Shown piece after piece: positions 44,942 through 53,823 of a stretch of 64,000 nucleotides of DNA (positions are counted from its first letter, which is position 1; the number at the start of each line of letters is the position of its first letter). This DNA comes from Selenomonadaceae bacterium. GTDB taxonomy: Bacteria > Bacillota > Negativicutes > Selenomonadales > Selenomonadaceae. The stretch lies in NCBI GenBank assembly GCA_017476425.1, contig JAFUZV010000115.1, positions 17,349-81,348 on the forward strand, given 5' to 3'. A program made the translations under genes and the position numbers. The notes beneath the pieces were generated by a model. That model saw only the letters and a list, made by a program, of their open reading frames with translations, made no database searches and had not been told where the DNA came from.

Positions 44942-45787
44942 TTAAAGAAGTTTAATAATCGCCTCGTTGATCCTTCTTGCAACATAAACATTATTCATTA
45001 CATAAAGGTGAATCCCGTCGACACCATTAGCCAGCAGATCAACAATTTGATTTTGTGCATAAACTATTCCGGCTTCCTGCAACGCCTCATCATTATCACC
45101 ATATTTATCAAGAATCTTTCTAAACTTGATCGGTAATGTTGCGCCGCAGATATTAATCATTCGTTCAATATGTTTCTTCTTAGTTACCGGCATAATTCCG
45201 GCTTCAATAGGAACATTTACACCGAGTCGATCAATTTTTTCACGGAAGTAATAAAACGAATTATTATCAAAGAAAAGTTGAGAGATTAAACCATCAACAC
45301 CGGCATCAACTTTTTGCTTGAGATAATTCAGATCGCTGTCAAAATCGATCGCCTCAGTATGTCCTTCAGGATAACAAGCAGCGTAGATTTTAAATTTGCT
45401 ATCGGTTTTCTCACGAATGAATTTTATCAGATCAACTGCGTGAATAAAATCATTTTTCGGTTCAACTCCAGGCACTTTATCACCACGAAGTGCCAAAATT
45501 TCATTAATTCCACTCAATTCAAGTTGATACAAAATATTTTCTGCATCAGCTTTCGTCAGATTAATGCAAGGCATATGAGCAACGCTTTTTCTATGATATT
45601 TGTCTTTGATCGCCGTCGCAACTTCAATCATTCTTTCGCTTGCATTAGAACTTGATCCACCGGCTCCGCAAGTTACGCTGATAAAATCCGGCTGAAGATC
45701 GGAAAGTTGATCAAGTGTATTATAAATCACTTCAACCGGCATATCTTTTTTCGGCGGAAAGACTTCAAACGAAAATTTTGTCCTCAT
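44942..45787 (-). CDS. metF: 5,10-methylenetetrahydrofolate reductase
   Basis: 281-aa ORF. SFEVFPPKK, ISVTCGAGGS and ALRGD are MTHFR hallmarks. The start overlaps the upstream GT41 gene by 23 nt. Confidence 0.85.
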   Translation of the reverse strand: MRTKFSFEVFPPKKDMPVEVIYNTLDQLSDLQPDFISVTCGAGGSSSNASERMIEVATAIKDKYHRKSVAHMPCINLTKADAENILYQLELSGINEILALRGDKVPGVEPKNDFIHAVDLIKFIREKTDSKFKIYAACYPEGHTEAIDFDSDLNYLKQKVDAGVDGLISQLFFDNNSFYYFREKIDRLGVNVPIEAGIMPVTKKKHIERMINICGATLPIKFRKILDKYGDNDEALQEAGIVYAQNQIVDLLANGVDGIHLYVMNNVYVARRINEAIIKLL

Positions 45788-48700
45788 CTTCTTTTTTCAC
45801 CTCACTCATCTTTTTGATCAGTTGATTATAGCACTGCTCCAATATCTGAATATAAATCTTAGGTTGAAATGTATCTGTTTTTTGCATCATCGAACGAAGA
45901 TTTTTGTGTAACATTGTCAGTGCGTCTTTATCATTTGCAAGTCCGACTGCACGCCCGATATATTCATTAACATTATTTACCGCAAAATCTTTCAAGCCGT
46001 TGATATTTTGCATAATCGACAAAGCAAAGCGACTGTCACGGCGTTCATAGTACAAACTTACTACCGGCACGCCCATAAAGATTGAATCAAAAGTCATAGC
46101 GGCATCAGAACGTGGAAAAGTATCAAGCATTATATCAATATCCAAAATGTGTTTGAGATAATCAAATTCTGTTATTTTGAATGTTACATTATCCATATTA
46201 AAGCCGATTTTTTTCAAACGATTATAAGCCGAATCTACCATTGAATCACTTTTAAATTCATCTGATCTGATAATCAATTTTGAATCCGGAACACGTTTTA
46301 AAATTTCATTCCAGATTTTCAAAATATCATCACTAATTTTTTTATAAGAATGAAATGCACCGAAAGTTACATAATTATTTTTCAGACAAGGCGGATACAC
46401 CGGTTTAGGAGCTTCGCTATTACTTGCATAACTGAATTGACAAGGAAAATAAATGAATGTCTCTTTGAAATATTTTTGATGAAGTTCAGGCGGATCAGTC
46501 TGCTTATCCGTTATGAAATAATTCATTGTATTAAGTCCGGTTGTCGCTGCCGCACCGATCGCTGAAATTTGAATTGGTGCAGGTTTATAACTAAACGCTG
46601 CTAATGAAGTTGTAGGACTATGACCATCAAGATCAACCAAAATATCAATTTGATCGTCGTGAATTTTCTCTGCAAGTTGTTCAATCGTTAAATCATCAAC
46701 TCTTTCAAAATGTTCGACGGCAGGAACGATCGCATTAGTGAATGGATCATCAGCGTCGCTAGTCGAATAGCAATAAACTTCAAAATTATTTTTATTATGA
46801 CAAGCAAGAATGCCATAAATAAAAGCAAATTTATCACTCTTACAGAAATATTTTGAAACGTAACAAACTTTAATACGTCGTTGACCTTCGATAATTCCAT
46901 TAAAATCATTAAATTGATCGTAAGGTTTAACGTTATCAAAGATTTTCTGATATTGAAAATGAGTATTTGCAAGATCAGCAGTCGAAATGTTGAGATTTTC
47001 TAAAGCGTCAAGAGTCTTGCTGAAAAGTTTTGTACGTTCTTCAAAATCCGCCGCAAGATTAATCGAATGATTGTAATGTTCAAACGCATCAGCATTATTA
47101 CTATTAATTATTGCAAGTTCACCACGAAGTACATCATAACGCTTGATCAGTTCACGATCTGTTTGATCATTAAAATACTTTTTCGCCGAACAAATTTTTT
47201 CATAAGCACCGGCATAATCGTTGAGATTTTCTTTAGCCTTAGCAAGCAACAAATAAATTTCAGCAAGATTTTTATTTTCAACTTCAGTTGCACGATCTAA
47301 ATAATAAGCCGCACGCTTAACATTTACGATATTTTCGATCTTACCTTCGTTAAAGCCTTCTTCATAATTAACATACTCAAGTGCACGCTGATAAAATTTT
47401 TCTGCATCTTCAGTTGTGATCGGCGGCTCATCTTGTGGAAAGTCCGGCAATTCTTCACCATTAATCCACGCATTAAAAATTTTTTCATAAGCTGATTCGA
47501 CTTCTGCCATATAAATTGTATCATTCATAATAGGTGATTGTCTCATCTGTCGACGTAAAGTCAAATGATAATTCCTTACACGATCCCAATCGTTAGCAAG
47601 ATCAATCGCTTTTTGAATGTATTCTTCTTCGGAGAAAGTGCAAAGTTCATCAAGTCCCATATTGTGAAGAAGTGAATAACCAAAACGAGCGTTATGACGT
47701 TCACCAACAAGAGTAATGACCGGAATGCCCATATAAAGTGCATCGCAAGTTGTACCGCCGCCGGGATATGGAAAAGTATCAAGCGCAATATCCGTCAAAT
47801 TATATTTGTGAAGATATTTTATTTCGTCAGCTTCCATTATAACCCGATCAAGCGGAAGACCTGCCGCCTTCATTCTCTCTTTAGCGTCATTAATTCCATA
47901 TTCAGTTCTAAACGCTTTACCTTTCAAGAATAATTTTGAGTTCGGTACAGCGTTAATTATTTTTGCCCAAGCTCTCAACGTCTCATCAGTAACTTTAGCG
48001 AAATTATTAAAACTTACGAAAGTTATATAACCATTCTTAGTGCAAGGTGCAGGCGTGATTTCACTCGGTGCATCGTGCCACATATAACAGAAATGACTAT
48101 GTTGCAGACGCAGAATTTTTTCACTAAAAAAGTCGTCGTTAAGTCCTTGCGGATCAGTGTATTTATCGCACAAGAAATAATCAATCGTCTTTAAACCGGT
48201 TGAATTAAACCAACCGATCGCACTGATTTGAACCGGCGCAGGTTTATAAGCCATAACTTGTAAAGTGTTATTAGCCGTGTGACCGGAGAGATCAACCAAA
48301 ATATCAATTTCATCATTTTTGATCTTCTCCGCCGCTTGTGCAGGTGTATCAAATAAAATATTCGTCCAGTGATCAACACTTTTTTTAAATTCTTGTGCTG
48401 CCTGATCTTCCATACATTTTGGATAACAATAGACTTCAAATCTACTTTTATCATAAGCCTTGTAAAAAGCATAACTGAAGAATGCAACAACGTGACGACG
48501 AATATCCGGCGAAATATAACCGATACGAATTTTTTCGTGACGTGGATGAGTTAAACGATCGTGTTGATACGGATTAAAATCTTTGAAAATATCATTATAA
48601 TCACAAATTGCCTTGAATAAATCCTCACGGCTGATATTAACATTGTGCAAGGAGAAAAGATAATTGCTGTAGTCGTCGCACTTGATATTAAACAAATATT

Positions 48701-49199
48701 TATAAGTTTCCGGCTCATTCTTGTATGGTGAAATATCATTAACAGAACTCTTATAGTAATGTTCAATACTTTTTGGAGCATCACCGACATAACGATAGGC
48801 ATGACCTAAAATATTGTGAATCATCATTTTAGTTAAAAGCGTTGCATCCGGAATTTCTAAAGCCTTTTCAGCGTATTTTATACAGCTTTCATAATCGTGA
48901 CGAAGATCATAAACTCTTGATTTCAAAAACATTCGATATGACGACGGCGGAAAATGTTTTTCCATATACTCAGACGCTTTAGCAGCTCTATCAGTTTCGT
49001 TAATATCAACCAAAATTGAAGTGACTTTTTCGCAAGGATAAGGCTCAGTCGGAGAGAGTGCCATAATTTCCTCTGTAAGTCTAATGGTATTCGGACGATC
49101 GTGCTTGTTCATATGAGTATCAAGCAGTTCAGTTAATAAAGTTGCTACTTGTTTTTTCTTCTTCTCAACGTCTTTTTTATTTGTTTTAAGTTTTCGCAT
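45765..49199 (-). CDS. TPR protein with two tandem GT41 (SPINDLY/O-GlcNAc-transferase-like) catalytic modules
   Basis: 1144-aa ORF. Two homologous blocks are present (IRIGYISPDIRRHVVAFF...LVDLSGHTANNTLQVMAYKPAPVQISAIGWFNSTGL and IKVCYVSKYF...LVDLDGHSPTTSLAAFSYKPAPIQISAIGAAATTGL), each preceded by TPR-like helical repeats. Confidence 0.7.
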   Translation of the reverse strand: MRKLKTNKKDVEKKKKQVATLLTELLDTHMNKHDRPNTIRLTEEIMALSPTEPYPCEKVTSILVDINETDRAAKASEYMEKHFPPSSYRMFLKSRVYDLRHDYESCIKYAEKALEIPDATLLTKMMIHNILGHAYRYVGDAPKSIEHYYKSSVNDISPYKNEPETYKYLFNIKCDDYSNYLFSLHNVNISREDLFKAICDYNDIFKDFNPYQHDRLTHPRHEKIRIGYISPDIRRHVVAFFSYAFYKAYDKSRFEVYCYPKCMEDQAAQEFKKSVDHWTNILFDTPAQAAEKIKNDEIDILVDLSGHTANNTLQVMAYKPAPVQISAIGWFNSTGLKTIDYFLCDKYTDPQGLNDDFFSEKILRLQHSHFCYMWHDAPSEITPAPCTKNGYITFVSFNNFAKVTDETLRAWAKIINAVPNSKLFLKGKAFRTEYGINDAKERMKAAGLPLDRVIMEADEIKYLHKYNLTDIALDTFPYPGGGTTCDALYMGIPVITLVGERHNARFGYSLLHNMGLDELCTFSEEEYIQKAIDLANDWDRVRNYHLTLRRQMRQSPIMNDTIYMAEVESAYEKIFNAWINGEELPDFPQDEPPITTEDAEKFYQRALEYVNYEEGFNEGKIENIVNVKRAAYYLDRATEVENKNLAEIYLLLAKAKENLNDYAGAYEKICSAKKYFNDQTDRELIKRYDVLRGELAIINSNNADAFEHYNHSINLAADFEERTKLFSKTLDALENLNISTADLANTHFQYQKIFDNVKPYDQFNDFNGIIEGQRRIKVCYVSKYFCKSDKFAFIYGILACHNKNNFEVYCYSTSDADDPFTNAIVPAVEHFERVDDLTIEQLAEKIHDDQIDILVDLDGHSPTTSLAAFSYKPAPIQISAIGAAATTGLNTMNYFITDKQTDPPELHQKYFKETFIYFPCQFSYASNSEAPKPVYPPCLKNNYVTFGAFHSYKKISDDILKIWNEILKRVPDSKLIIRSDEFKSDSMVDSAYNRLKKIGFNMDNVTFKITEFDYLKHILDIDIMLDTFPRSDAAMTFDSIFMGVPVVSLYYERRDSRFALSIMQNINGLKDFAVNNVNEYIGRAVGLANDKDALTMLHKNLRSMMQKTDTFQPKIYIQILEQCYNQLIKKMSEVKKEDEDKIFV

Positions 49200-49222
49200 T
49201 TAATCTTAACCTCCAAAAAAAT

Positions 49223-50311
49223 TTATTTATTGCCTTTCATTCTGGCATAATCCGCTTTCCATACTTCTAAGCGTTCTTTTGCCATCTTAGCCATCGTATT
49301 ATTAAATAACATCGGTTCTAATCCGTCATAATTTGCATATGCTTTTAAAGCCGTTTCCATTTCGGCGATCGCTTCAGGAAATTTTCTTTCAATGATCAAA
49401 CATTCAGCGTGTTCAGCGTGAAATTCCGGCGTTTCTGGAAAATCCTTAACGGCTTTAGCAGAATATTTGATCCGATCGACAATTCGTCTCGGCTCTCTTG
49501 CGAGAATATTTAACAAAATTCTATATGAGGAACTTGCAAAGGTTGTATCACGTCGACCGCCGTTAATATCTTTGATAGCATATTTTTCAGCGTTGATATA
49601 ATCTTTCAAGCCGTTGTAACACTGCGCAATATAACCATAAATTCTTTCCGGCTGATCAGTTAATTCAAGTTCAGCAAGCAGCATTTTTAAATTTCGCCGT
49701 GCCTTGTCAGCATTAATCGCCGTTGAATAGCCAGTATGATAAAGCGTCAAAATTTCCGTCGGAACTAAAGATAATTCAGTCAACGTTGTATTGTCAGCTC
49801 TATGAAGTTCTTCGTGAATCCTTCCAACGTATTTATAACCTTCAAAATTTCTGAACGCTCTTAGCAAGTAAGTTGTATCTAAAACTTTATTTTGTCTGTC
49901 AACGTCGATATTTATCAGATTAACTAAAATTCCTTCTTTATGTTCCTTATCAGCCTTTTCAATCAGCGGACGAATATTTTTTGCAGTCTCTTTTGAAAAA
50001 AATTCATCAGCGTCAAGAAATAAAATCCAATCGCCGGTAGCGTTATCAAGTGCCATATTGCGAGGCTTTGAAAAGTCATTAGTCCATTCGCAATTTAAAA
50101 CTTTTGCGCCGAAAGTCTTTGCAACTTCAATCGTTTGATCAGTGGAGCCGGTGTCTACGATCACAATTTCATCAACTTGACTTTTAAGACTGTTAATTGA
50201 TCGAGGCAAATTATTTTCTTCATTCTTAGTAATGTAGCAAGCCGTAATTTTCAGTTGAGATTTTATTTGTGACTTTGATTTAATTTTTTTCGTCGGTTTT
50301 AATTTTCTCAT
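49223..50311 (-). CDS. GT2 glycosyltransferase-TPR fusion (GmaR-like), paralog 5 of 5
   Basis: 362-aa ORF. ITACYITKNEE, VIVDTGSTDQT and DWILFLDADEFF (DxD), with a TPR-like C-terminal half. N-terminal tag MRKLKPTKKIKSKS. Confidence 0.75.
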   Translation of the reverse strand: MRKLKPTKKIKSKSQIKSQLKITACYITKNEENNLPRSINSLKSQVDEIVIVDTGSTDQTIEVAKTFGAKVLNCEWTNDFSKPRNMALDNATGDWILFLDADEFFSKETAKNIRPLIEKADKEHKEGILVNLINIDVDRQNKVLDTTYLLRAFRNFEGYKYVGRIHEELHRADNTTLTELSLVPTEILTLYHTGYSTAINADKARRNLKMLLAELELTDQPERIYGYIAQCYNGLKDYINAEKYAIKDINGGRRDTTFASSSYRILLNILAREPRRIVDRIKYSAKAVKDFPETPEFHAEHAECLIIERKFPEAIAEMETALKAYANYDGLEPMLFNNTMAKMAKERLEVWKADYARMKGNK

Positions 50312-50328
50312 TTAATCACCTTCATTTC

Positions 50329-50391
50329 AATGCAGAATGTAGAATGCAGAATTCAAAATTATTTAGCCCTCAGCCCTCAGCATTTAGCCCT
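50329..50391. repeat. Nine in-phase heptamers (AATGCAG AATGTAG AATGCAG AATTCAA AATTATT TAGCCCT CAGCCCT CAGCATT TAGCCCT) between two GT2-TPR genes
   Basis: Read directly. The array starts 5 nt from the SD complement (CACCTTC, 50317-50323) of the downstream minus-strand gene and runs into the last codons of the upstream gene (stop at 50370-50372). Confidence 0.85.
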
Positions 50392-51332
50392 ATAATTTTC
50401 AGAGAACTTTTTGCTAATGATTTTATATCTTGATCGGAACTCTTAGCAGCAATTTTAAGATCAACTTTTGCTTTGTCAAGTTGTTTCGTGAGATAAAACA
50501 TTAAACCTCGTTCAAGCCGAAAATAATAATCATTAGGAATTTCATCAACCGCTTGATTAGCAACTTTAATAATTTCTTCCGGCGAACAATTTACTTGACG
50601 CATTGCATTTAAAGTCTTGCGATAAAAAATATTTAAGCCGGTGATCGGACGCAGATCAGTTTCAAGAATTTTATTAGCGTGTTCAAGTGCCTTTGCATAA
50701 TCGCCAAGAGCATAATAACAATCGACAAGTGCAATATGATGACGGAATTGCAAACCGATCTGATCGATCTCTTTGTTAATAATTCGTAAATTGCGATTTA
50801 GTTTATCATTCGCTTTTGATTCACTGTAACCAGTATGATAGATCGTTAAATCGTCATTTGCAACTTCATAATTAAAATTTCCGCCTTTAATATTCTCTAA
50901 ATTCTCGTGAATGAGTCCTTGATAGCGGAGATAATCGACGTTGCGAAAAATCCTCACATAAATATCACGGTTAAGCGGCTTGTTATTATGATCAGTGTCA
51001 ATGTCGATTCTTGGAATGAAAACAGCATCGCTTTTGAAATTTTTAAATGCACGACGAATTTTTTTCGGCTTAATGAAATATTCATCAGCGTCGATCATAA
51101 TGATCCATTCACCGGCAGCATTTTCAATCGCTAAATTTCTCGGCTCACTAAAATCATCTTTCCATTCGTAATTAATAATTTTAGCGTTGAATGATTTTGC
51201 AATTTTGATCGTCCGATCAGTTGATCCGGTGTCGACAATGATTAATTCGTCAACACTTTTGATAAGTGATTCGATCGACTTTGATAAATTTTTCTCTTCA
51301 TTCTTAACAATGTAGCACGCAGAAATTTTCAT
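50370..51332 (-). CDS. GT2 glycosyltransferase-TPR fusion (GmaR-like), paralog 4 of 5 (lacks the basic N-terminal tag)
   Basis: 320-aa ORF beginning MKISACYIVKNEEKNL. IIVDTGSTDRT and EWIIMIDADEYF. The start overlaps the upstream stop by 4 nt. Confidence 0.75.
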   Translation of the reverse strand: MKISACYIVKNEEKNLSKSIESLIKSVDELIIVDTGSTDRTIKIAKSFNAKIINYEWKDDFSEPRNLAIENAAGEWIIMIDADEYFIKPKKIRRAFKNFKSDAVFIPRIDIDTDHNNKPLNRDIYVRIFRNVDYLRYQGLIHENLENIKGGNFNYEVANDDLTIYHTGYSESKANDKLNRNLRIINKEIDQIGLQFRHHIALVDCYYALGDYAKALEHANKILETDLRPITGLNIFYRKTLNAMRQVNCSPEEIIKVANQAVDEIPNDYYFRLERGLMFYLTKQLDKAKVDLKIAAKSSDQDIKSLAKSSLKIIGLNAEG

Positions 51333-52687
51333 TGCATTAACCTCTTAACTTCGTCTAAACGTTCTTGCACTCGTCCGGCGATTCTTGCAAAATATTTTTT
51401 CGGATCATTATTCCATAACTCCAACGATTTTTGCAAATCTTCAAAGCCTTTATCAAGTCGATTATTATCAATGTAAATCATTCCACGTTCAGCATAAAAC
51501 TCAGGACATTGAGGAAAATATTTTATCGCTTCATTGACAACTTTTAAAATATTTTCGATCGGCTTTTTGAGAAGATACATAGCCTTGATAATTATTCGAT
51601 ATAATTTATCAGTACGAAAATTATTTTTGATCGCGGCATTCGCAAATTGCAAGGCTTTTTCTTGATCGCCAATGATTGAATAATTGTCAGCAAAATCAGC
51701 GTCGTGATAAGGTTGATGACCGTGAATTTTAATATCATTTTTAATCTTCACAATATCACGTTGACAATAAGAATTGATCGCTTCTTGTTTACGATTCATT
51801 TTTTCTAAAATTATTCCACGCTGATCATAAAATAACGGCAAGTCCGGCAGACATTTGATCGCTTCATCAATCGCTTGTAAAATTTCTTCGTTAGGATATT
51901 TCAATTCATACATTGCTTTCAAAATGTGAATGAATGGTGCTTCAGGATTTGTAATTATTTCTTTGTAATTCTTCGCTGCACGTTTAGCATAATTTAAACA
52001 ATTTTCCCATTCACCTAAGCCTGCATAACAATTTGCATAACTCATATCTTGCTGAACTCTATAGCCATAATTTTTAATTTCAAGCTCCAAAATTCTCAAG
52101 TTGCGAAGATATTTTTCACGATGAACTGATTGACTGTAGCCGGTATGATAAGCAGTCAGAGCATCATCAGCTAAAGTAAATGGCATTTTTTTATCCTTGA
52201 TATTTTCTAAATTCTCGTGAATCATTCCACGATAACGCAGCCACGAAACATTTTTAAAAATTCTCAAGTCACGGTTACGATTAATTTCACGATTATTATT
52301 ATCTTCGTCGATATTGATCCGCTGAATTAAAATTGTTGTTGCAGTCGACGATAATTTTTCAATCGCCGGACGAACTTTTTCCGGGTAAATGAAAAATTCA
52401 TCAGCGTCCAAAAAAATGATCCAATCACCTGTTGCGTTATCAAGTGCAACATTTCTCGGTGCAGAAAAATCATCATTCCATTCAAAATTAATGACCTTTG
52501 CATTGTACGACTTAGCGATCTCAATAGTTCGATCAGTCGATCCCGTATCAACAACAATCAATTCATTAACAGCGTTAATTAGCGAGTCGATCGATCTTGC
52601 TAAATTCTTCTCTTCATTTTTAACGATATAACAAGCGGAAATTTTTAATTTTGATTTAGTTTTCTTTGATGGTTTTAATTTTCTCAT
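51329..52687 (-). CDS. GT2 glycosyltransferase-TPR fusion (GmaR-like), paralog 3 of 5
   Basis: 452-aa ORF. MRKLKPSKKTKSKLKISACYIVKNEE, VVDTGSTDRT and DWIIFLDADEFF. It has the longest TPR tail of the five. The start overlaps the upstream stop (ATGA). Confidence 0.75.
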   Translation of the reverse strand: MRKLKPSKKTKSKLKISACYIVKNEEKNLARSIDSLINAVNELIVVDTGSTDRTIEIAKSYNAKVINFEWNDDFSAPRNVALDNATGDWIIFLDADEFFIYPEKVRPAIEKLSSTATTILIQRINIDEDNNNREINRNRDLRIFKNVSWLRYRGMIHENLENIKDKKMPFTLADDALTAYHTGYSQSVHREKYLRNLRILELEIKNYGYRVQQDMSYANCYAGLGEWENCLNYAKRAAKNYKEIITNPEAPFIHILKAMYELKYPNEEILQAIDEAIKCLPDLPLFYDQRGIILEKMNRKQEAINSYCQRDIVKIKNDIKIHGHQPYHDADFADNYSIIGDQEKALQFANAAIKNNFRTDKLYRIIIKAMYLLKKPIENILKVVNEAIKYFPQCPEFYAERGMIYIDNNRLDKGFEDLQKSLELWNNDPKKYFARIAGRVQERLDEVKRLMQ

Positions 52688-53823
52688 TTTGATAACCTCT
52701 GAAATTCAATAGCACGATTTTTATAATTTTGATTCTGCGGTGAAATTTTGATCGCCTCAGAAATATTTTTTTGCGCCGCTTTGAAATTCCCTGCAAGTGC
52801 CTCAAGTTCTGCAAGCTGCGCATAAACAACATCAACCATTCTGGCAAAATATGAATCCTCGTGAATATTTTTCGGCGAATTTTTCCAAACTCTCAACGAT
52901 TGGTGAAAACTTTCATAAGCCTCAGATAATCTATTGAGATCGCATAAAACGATCGCACGAATTGCATAAAAATCCGGAATGTTAGGCAAAACTTTTATCG
53001 CCTCATCAGCAACTTTCAAACGTTCTTCATCTGGATATTTTAATTCGTGCATTGCATTGATCAAATTCCTGTAAATTCTTCCACGTCCGGTTAATGTCCT
53101 TGACGTTGAATTTAAAACTTTTTCAGCGTAGTAAATAACTTTCTCATAGTCTTCAAGTCCAACATAACAATCAACAAGTGCTATATCGTGCTTAGGCTCA
53201 CGTCCGAAAAGTTTAATTTCTTTTTCGATCAGTTTTAAATTTCTTTCGTGTTTACTTTTGATCGTCGTTGCTCCGTAGCCTGTGTGATAAATCGTTAAAT
53301 CTTCGTCAGCAAAAGTAAAATTTAAATTTTTGCCTCGAATATCAGTTATATTTTCGTGAATTAAACCACGATAACGAAGATAATTAACATTTTTAAAAAT
53401 TCGTGGATTCCAATCTCGACTAATTTCTCTATTACCTTTTGATTCATCGATATTGATCCGCTGATTTAAAATCACGTCTTTACTTGATAACTTTTCGATC
53501 GCTGATCTAACTTTCTTAGGCGTAATGAAATACTCATCAGCATCTAAAAAAATTATCCAATCACCTGTAGCATTATCGATCGCAATATTTCTCGGCGTTG
53601 AAAAATCATCTTGCCATTTCGTTTCGATCATCTTTGCGCCGTATGAATTAGCTATTTCGATAGTTCGATCACTTGATCCCGTATCAACAACGATCAATTC
53701 ATCAACAACATTTTTAAGACTGTCGATCGATCTAGGTAAATTTTCTTCTTCATTCTTAACCATATAGCAAGCCGTTAATTTTAATGTTGACTTCAATTTT
53801 TTTGATGGTTTTAATTTCCTCAT
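52684..53823 (-). CDS. GT2 glycosyltransferase-TPR fusion (GmaR-like), paralog 2 of 5
   Basis: 379-aa [39 protein letters not shown] and DWIIFLDADEYF. 4-nt overlap with the upstream gene. Confidence 0.75.
   Translation of the reverse strand: MRKLKPSKKLKSTLKLTACYMVKNEEENLPRSIDSLKNVVDELIVVDTGSSDRTIEIANSYGAKMIETKWQDDFSTPRNIAIDNATGDWIIFLDADEYFITPKKVRSAIEKLSSKDVILNQRINIDESKGNREISRDWNPRIFKNVNYLRYRGLIHENITDIRGKNLNFTFADEDLTIYHTGYGATTIKSKHERNLKLIEKEIKLFGREPKHDIALVDCYVGLEDYEKVIYYAEKVLNSTSRTLTGRGRIYRNLINAMHELKYPDEERLKVADEAIKVLPNIPDFYAIRAIVLCDLNRLSEAYESFHQSLRVWKNSPKNIHEDSYFARMVDVVYAQLAELEALAGNFKAAQKNISEAIKISPQNQNYKNRAIEFQRLSK

Noticed and set aside
52389-53767. Two similar 80-aa plus-strand ORFs (52389-52631 and 53525-53767), which look like a conserved antisense gene pair
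   Set aside because: They lie antisense to the most conserved GT2 core of two paralogous minus-strand genes. Their similarity is fully explained by that paralogy, and neither has an SD.
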